Positions 60,666 through 64,000 of a stretch of 64,000 nt of DNA are shown one piece after another. The stretch comes from a virus (taxonomy: Duplodnaviria > Heunggongvirae > Uroviricota > Caudoviricetes): positions 30,417 through 94,416 of the IMG/VR virus record IMGVR_UViG_3300034072_002212, one strand, 5' to 3'. Position numbers and translations under genes: made by a program. Positions within the stretch are counted from its first letter, which is position 1. The number at the start of each line of letters is the position of its first letter. The notes beneath the pieces were generated by a model. It had not been told where the DNA came from. It searched no databases and saw nothing but the letters and a program-made list of their open reading frames with translations.

Positions 60666-60935
60666 TCACTTGCCACGCTTGCTCTCCTCAATCTTGCGAT
60701 ATTCACGGATCTTGCGGTTGAACTTGTCAGGATCGCGATTCTTGATCGCACCCAAGAGGCGACGCTGAAGTTCATCAGCTTCATCCTCAGTAAAGCTCTC
60801 GGCAATGAGATTCATAAGGTTCACAGCACTAGCGATGACGTTAGTGGCACGAGCCTCAACAATTTGATGCTTGTCCCTCTGTGGGACAAAAAGATCGAGT
60901 TCCTCGATCAAACTTTTGACGCGACCGTCTTTCAT
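60666..60935 (-). CDS. Hypothetical small protein (~89 aa)
   Basis: Internal ATG of track ORF 60666..61034 (MKDGRVKSLIEELD...). Confidence 0.35.
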   Translation of the reverse strand: MKDGRVKSLIEELDLFVPQRDKHQIVEARATNVIASAVNLMNLIAESFTEDEADELQRRLLGAIKNRDPDKFNRKIREYRKIEESKRGK

Positions 60936-60945
60936 CTCTGACCCC

Positions 60946-61227
60946 TTACTTGCTGGAGTTACCAGAATGGCGTTCCAACAGCCTTTCGAGCATGTTGGCG
61001 GCAAGTGCCAATCCTTCTTCGACGCCGCGTGCATAGTCCAGGTTGTCGTCAGACTCGCTGTAACTGCGAAGCTTGAAAATCATATCATTGACATCTTCAA
61101 GAAGTAGGAAAGAGACATCCAGGTCAGGGACCCGGATGCTCTCTAGAATCATGTCCTCGTCATCCGACGAGGCGGTATTTTCAGTTAGCCTGATATACCT
61201 CCTAATGTCGTCGGGTTGACGGTCCAT
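60946..61227 (-). CDS. Hypothetical acidic small protein (93 aa)
   Basis: ATG preceded by AAGGAGAG and CTAAATAG (61257-61264). Confidence 0.4.
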   Translation of the reverse strand: MDRQPDDIRRYIRLTENTASSDDEDMILESIRVPDLDVSFLLLEDVNDMIFKLRSYSESDDNLDYARGVEEGLALAANMLERLLERHSGNSSK

Positions 61228-61256
61228 TCATGACTCTCCTTACTGGCGCGCTTCCA

Positions 61257-61264
61257 CTATTTAG
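61257..61264 (-). promoter_or_regulatory. Late-promoter-like CTAAATAG motif
   Basis: About 20 nt upstream of the ribosome-binding site of gene 60946..61227. Confidence 0.4.
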
Positions 61265-61274
61265 TAAAAGGAGA

Positions 61275-62777
61275 TTAGTCCTTAAACCTATTCGCTAGAG
61301 CGCGTAGTTGGGACCCGCTGGCTTGCGCCTTAGAGGCTTCTCCCGGCGTCGGGCGTGCCAGTATAGGATTCTGTGCTGCGGGCCCTGTAGGCCCCTTGTC
61401 GGGCGAAAATGACGTGCCAATGCTCTTGGGCACGACTGTCTGAACTTTGTTCAGCAAGCCTGCCTGCATTGCGCCGACACCTGAGCCTCGGCCCTCAATC
61501 ATCTCCTGCGGAGCATCTTCAATCCTCAGTGTGTTGGGATCAATCTTCAAGAAGATCTTCTGACCAACACCAGACGAAGAACGCGTCTTGAGGAACTGGA
61601 TCTGATATTCACCACGATCCTTCATGGCCGCAGTGGTCAGAATGGCCAGCACGTTATCTGCCGTGTTGATCTTCGAGATACCACCTGCGATGTGGCTTGC
61701 GTCGAAGTCCTGCTCCTGGATCGATGCTCGGTTGAGCTGCGATGCCGTAGCGCAGAGGATGTTCCATTCCACCGCAAGCGCGCGAAGTTCTTCCGACGTG
61801 AACTTGTCCTTGATGAACTGGTCACTGACGTTGATCTTGCCCGAGTTTGGATGCATAAGGTCGAGGTAGTCGACCACGATGGCGTCAGGACGCGCACCGG
61901 TCTGGATCTCAAACTCCTGAAGATAAGCACGAATATCGTTGGCCGTGGTGCCTGCCATTGGCAGCTTCTTGATCTGAAGCTTGCCCCACTTGTGAGCCTT
62001 ACCACCAGACTTCCTCATCATACCCAGTCGCATTGCGACGTCGTTGATGTCCTTGAAGATCATCTTAGTTGGCGTTTCAGTGATCATGGCGTCAAAGCGC
62101 AGACCAACGAGTTCCTCACTGAGCTCCATTGTGATGTAGATCACGCTGAGACCCATCTGGACCCAATTGAGAGCCAGGTTCTGAAGGAACAGTGACTTAC
62201 CAGTACCTGGACCACCGCAGAAGAAGGTGATTTCGCCGCGGTTTAGACCACCATAAAGCTTGCTGTCGATATCACGCCAGCCGGTCGATGTGGTGTCAGT
62301 CTTGTCCCTCATACGCTCAAGGCGTTCCTGAGGATTCGCGAAGTAATCGGTGCCCAATTCAGTCTGAAGACTGATGAGCATGTTCTCCTTGGAGCGACGC
62401 TCTAGTTCCGCGTAGTCACCCTTGGCAATGAGAGTCGGACCCTCATAGACCAGAGCTTCCATGGCCTTGTGGCGACAGAAGCCAGCAATCTCATCCAGGA
62501 ACCAATCAATGTGCTGGCTCTGAATGTTTGGGATCAGAGGAGTATCAATCCCCGTTTCCGCACGCACCTGCTCAGGAGTGGGCAGGGCACGATATTCTTC
62601 AGTGAACTTCTTGATATAGCGAACCGCAGGGCGGAGCCGCTCATTCCAATACTCTGGCTTAACGATGTTCTGACAACGCACATAGGCGCTGTTGTCGGTA
62701 AGCATGAACTGAATGAGGACCTTCTGTACGTCCTCGCTGTATTCCTTGAGCTCTTGTTGTTCTTTTTTCTGGCTCAC
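61275..62777 (-). CDS. Replicative DNA helicase (DnaB family, T4 gp41-like)
   Basis: Walker A GGPGTGKSLF and a RecA-like core. 500 aa. Confidence 0.85.
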   Translation of the reverse strand: MSQKKEQQELKEYSEDVQKVLIQFMLTDNSAYVRCQNIVKPEYWNERLRPAVRYIKKFTEEYRALPTPEQVRAETGIDTPLIPNIQSQHIDWFLDEIAGFCRHKAMEALVYEGPTLIAKGDYAELERRSKENMLISLQTELGTDYFANPQERLERMRDKTDTTSTGWRDIDSKLYGGLNRGEITFFCGGPGTGKSLFLQNLALNWVQMGLSVIYITMELSEELVGLRFDAMITETPTKMIFKDINDVAMRLGMMRKSGGKAHKWGKLQIKKLPMAGTTANDIRAYLQEFEIQTGARPDAIVVDYLDLMHPNSGKINVSDQFIKDKFTSEELRALAVEWNILCATASQLNRASIQEQDFDASHIAGGISKINTADNVLAILTTAAMKDRGEYQIQFLKTRSSSGVGQKIFLKIDPNTLRIEDAPQEMIEGRGSGVGAMQAGLLNKVQTVVPKSIGTSFSPDKGPTGPAAQNPILARPTPGEASKAQASGSQLRALANRFKD

Positions 62778-62793
62778 AGGACCTCCTGGTCTC

Positions 62794-63831
62794 TTATCTT
62801 AGGCGTTGCCGCTTTACACCTATTTCTAGCCTATTCTTGGTTCTGGCGTCAATAATGGACCAAATCGTGTAGAGTTTACCGTAGGCTCGCACGGCATCTG
62901 CGGCATCCTTGATGCCATCGTCCCAGCGGGGAAACGAAACATGCCAGCCTTCAGTGAGGGCGGTATCAACCAGCTTTCCGCCCTGGTTTACGCGGTCAGG
63001 CACCACAATGGGTGTCTTGCCCGATCTGTTGATCCAGGCAATCTGTTCCGCAGTTGATTTATCACCGAGCATACCAGCGCCATTGATTGAAATGGCGTCA
63101 AAGGGTCCTTCAGTGATGAACAGGTATTGCCAGTCTTCTTTGATCTTCTCAGTGTTGAAGATGTAGTGGGGCTGGGTGTCGCTCATATAGCGCCGTCCTG
63201 CTCCACCATTCACCAGACGACCCGTATAGCCCACGATGTCACCGTTCCAGTAGAATGGAATGATGATCCGATGGTTCCATCCCATCGTAGTGTCAGGCGT
63301 CCAATAGTATTCATTGCCCAACAGGATGTCGTCGCCGCGACTAGCCAAATAACTGATGGCTTCCACGAATGCTGGGTCTTCACAACCCTCATCCAACCAC
63401 ATGCTTACCGGCATTACCCCCTTGGGAAGCGGACGCTCTTCAAAGGTAGGCATGGGGTTGGTCTGAGGAATAGCGGCTTCGATATTGAGCGTACCGTTGT
63501 TGAGCATCTCCTTTCGCAGTTCAGCAACTGTGAAATGGAGACGCATCAACTTCTCGGCAGGCATACCTAGCCACTTGAAGTAGTCTTCCCACTTGCGTGA
63601 GAATGGAGAGCCAGGGGACCAGCTTAGACGCAAGCCACAGTTGAAGCACGATACCGAGGTTCGACCGTCATGGTCAAACAGGATACCACTGCGCTTCTTT
63701 GTGTCAGGCCTCATCTGTCCGCGATGTAGGCAACATGGCCCATTGTATGTGGTCCATCGACTGGGGGTCATTTTGCCCCCAGGGATGTTCCGCATTAGCG
63801 CGTCATAGATGAGAGTGCGTCCGTCAATCAT
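62794..63831 (-). CDS. DNA primase (T4 gp61-like: zinc ribbon + TOPRIM)
   Basis: CCLHRGQ...CFNCG zinc ribbon and ITEGPFDAISI TOPRIM. Lies immediately upstream of the helicase gene. Confidence 0.8.
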   Translation of the reverse strand: MIDGRTLIYDALMRNIPGGKMTPSRWTTYNGPCCLHRGQMRPDTKKRSGILFDHDGRTSVSCFNCGLRLSWSPGSPFSRKWEDYFKWLGMPAEKLMRLHFTVAELRKEMLNNGTLNIEAAIPQTNPMPTFEERPLPKGVMPVSMWLDEGCEDPAFVEAISYLASRGDDILLGNEYYWTPDTTMGWNHRIIIPFYWNGDIVGYTGRLVNGGAGRRYMSDTQPHYIFNTEKIKEDWQYLFITEGPFDAISINGAGMLGDKSTAEQIAWINRSGKTPIVVPDRVNQGGKLVDTALTEGWHVSFPRWDDGIKDAADAVRAYGKLYTIWSIIDARTKNRLEIGVKRQRLR

Positions 63832-63837
63832 AGTCCG

Positions 63838-64000
63838 TCAAACAGGCTCTTGTCAGCTACTTCCAGTTCTGGCTTTGCTTCTGCGAGGATCTCCTTGTCG
63901 AGGTTCCTCTTCTGCTTAACCAGATTGTTGTGGACCTTGATGTCAGGCATCTCGAAATCCACAAGGACCTGCGTGCCGCGCGACGCATTGTCGCTGGCCA
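63838..64000 (-). CDS. C-terminal fragment of a gene that starts beyond the window end
   Basis: Open minus-strand frame running to the window edge, stop near 63838. Too short to identify. Confidence 0.25.

Noticed and set aside
1-64000. CRISPR arrays, integrase or attachment sites, IS elements
   Set aside because: No short direct repeats with unique spacers. No tyrosine/serine recombinase or transposase motifs in any frame. Gene content and overlapping-gene architecture fit a virulent T4-like phage segment.

Overview
This window reads as a segment of a large T4-like, virulent-type dsDNA phage genome. GC looks moderately high by eye (no computation run). Genes are densely packed and many have overlapping stop/start codons (TAATG / ATGA).

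T4-type replication and nucleotide-metabolism genes are present:
- topoisomerase II large subunit (gp39/gp60-like) and medium subunit (gp52-like)
- gp41-like DnaB-family helicase and gp61-like primase
- class I ribonucleotide reductase alpha and beta subunits plus a glutaredoxin
- ClpX, a CCA-adding enzyme and an Rnl1-like RNA ligase

Four things stand out.

1. The 490-bp 'non-coding' gap between the PAAR gene and a hybrid histidine kinase encodes, on the minus strand, what reads as a permuted two-piece tmRNA (ssrA). Evidence:
- acceptor piece ends in CGGCUCC-A-CCA
- coding piece starts GGGGCCGAACCAGGAUCGACG
- the acceptor stem includes a G3·U70 wobble pair
- the tag reading frame encodes (A)ANDRNVNDNEPAMAVAA followed by a UAA stop
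- a sigma70-like TTGACA-N17-TATAAA promoter lies upstream

2. A translation and protein-quality-control toolkit is present:
- ribosomal protein S21
- an RMF-like protein
- IF-3
- a protein with a ribosomal L7/L12 C-terminal-domain-like region
- ClpX
- tRNA-Thr(GGU)
- the CCA enzyme
- RNA ligase plus a nucleotidyltransferase

3. At least 17 small ORFs (about 65-200 aa) form an unrecognised paralog family.
- Their N-terminal regions vary. They share an internal W-box (xxW[CIV]xxN/D) and a C-terminal signature F-x-F-x(3-6)-[DE]-A-[ML]-[ML]-F-K-L-[TR]-[WF]-G-G.
- Twelve sit in a translationally coupled tandem array inserted between the two topoisomerase II subunit genes. Three more lie directly downstream of the CCA-adding enzyme gene; solo copies are elsewhere.

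4. Accessory modules:
- a NADAR (YbiA-like) protein, a secreted staphylococcal-type nuclease lipoprotein, and a TelA-like / XpaC-like / flotillin / NfeD-like membrane cassette
- phage-borne two-component signalling parts (hybrid histidine kinase, single-domain receiver, four-PAS protein)
- an HNH-like homing-endonuclease gene interrupted by one in-frame TAG

Host clues (two-piece tmRNA, SleB-type lysin, L,D-transpeptidase) point to an alphaproteobacterial host; this is inference. No CRISPR array, integrase or intein was seen. All calls are from reading the sequence and six-frame track by eye; no database search was run.
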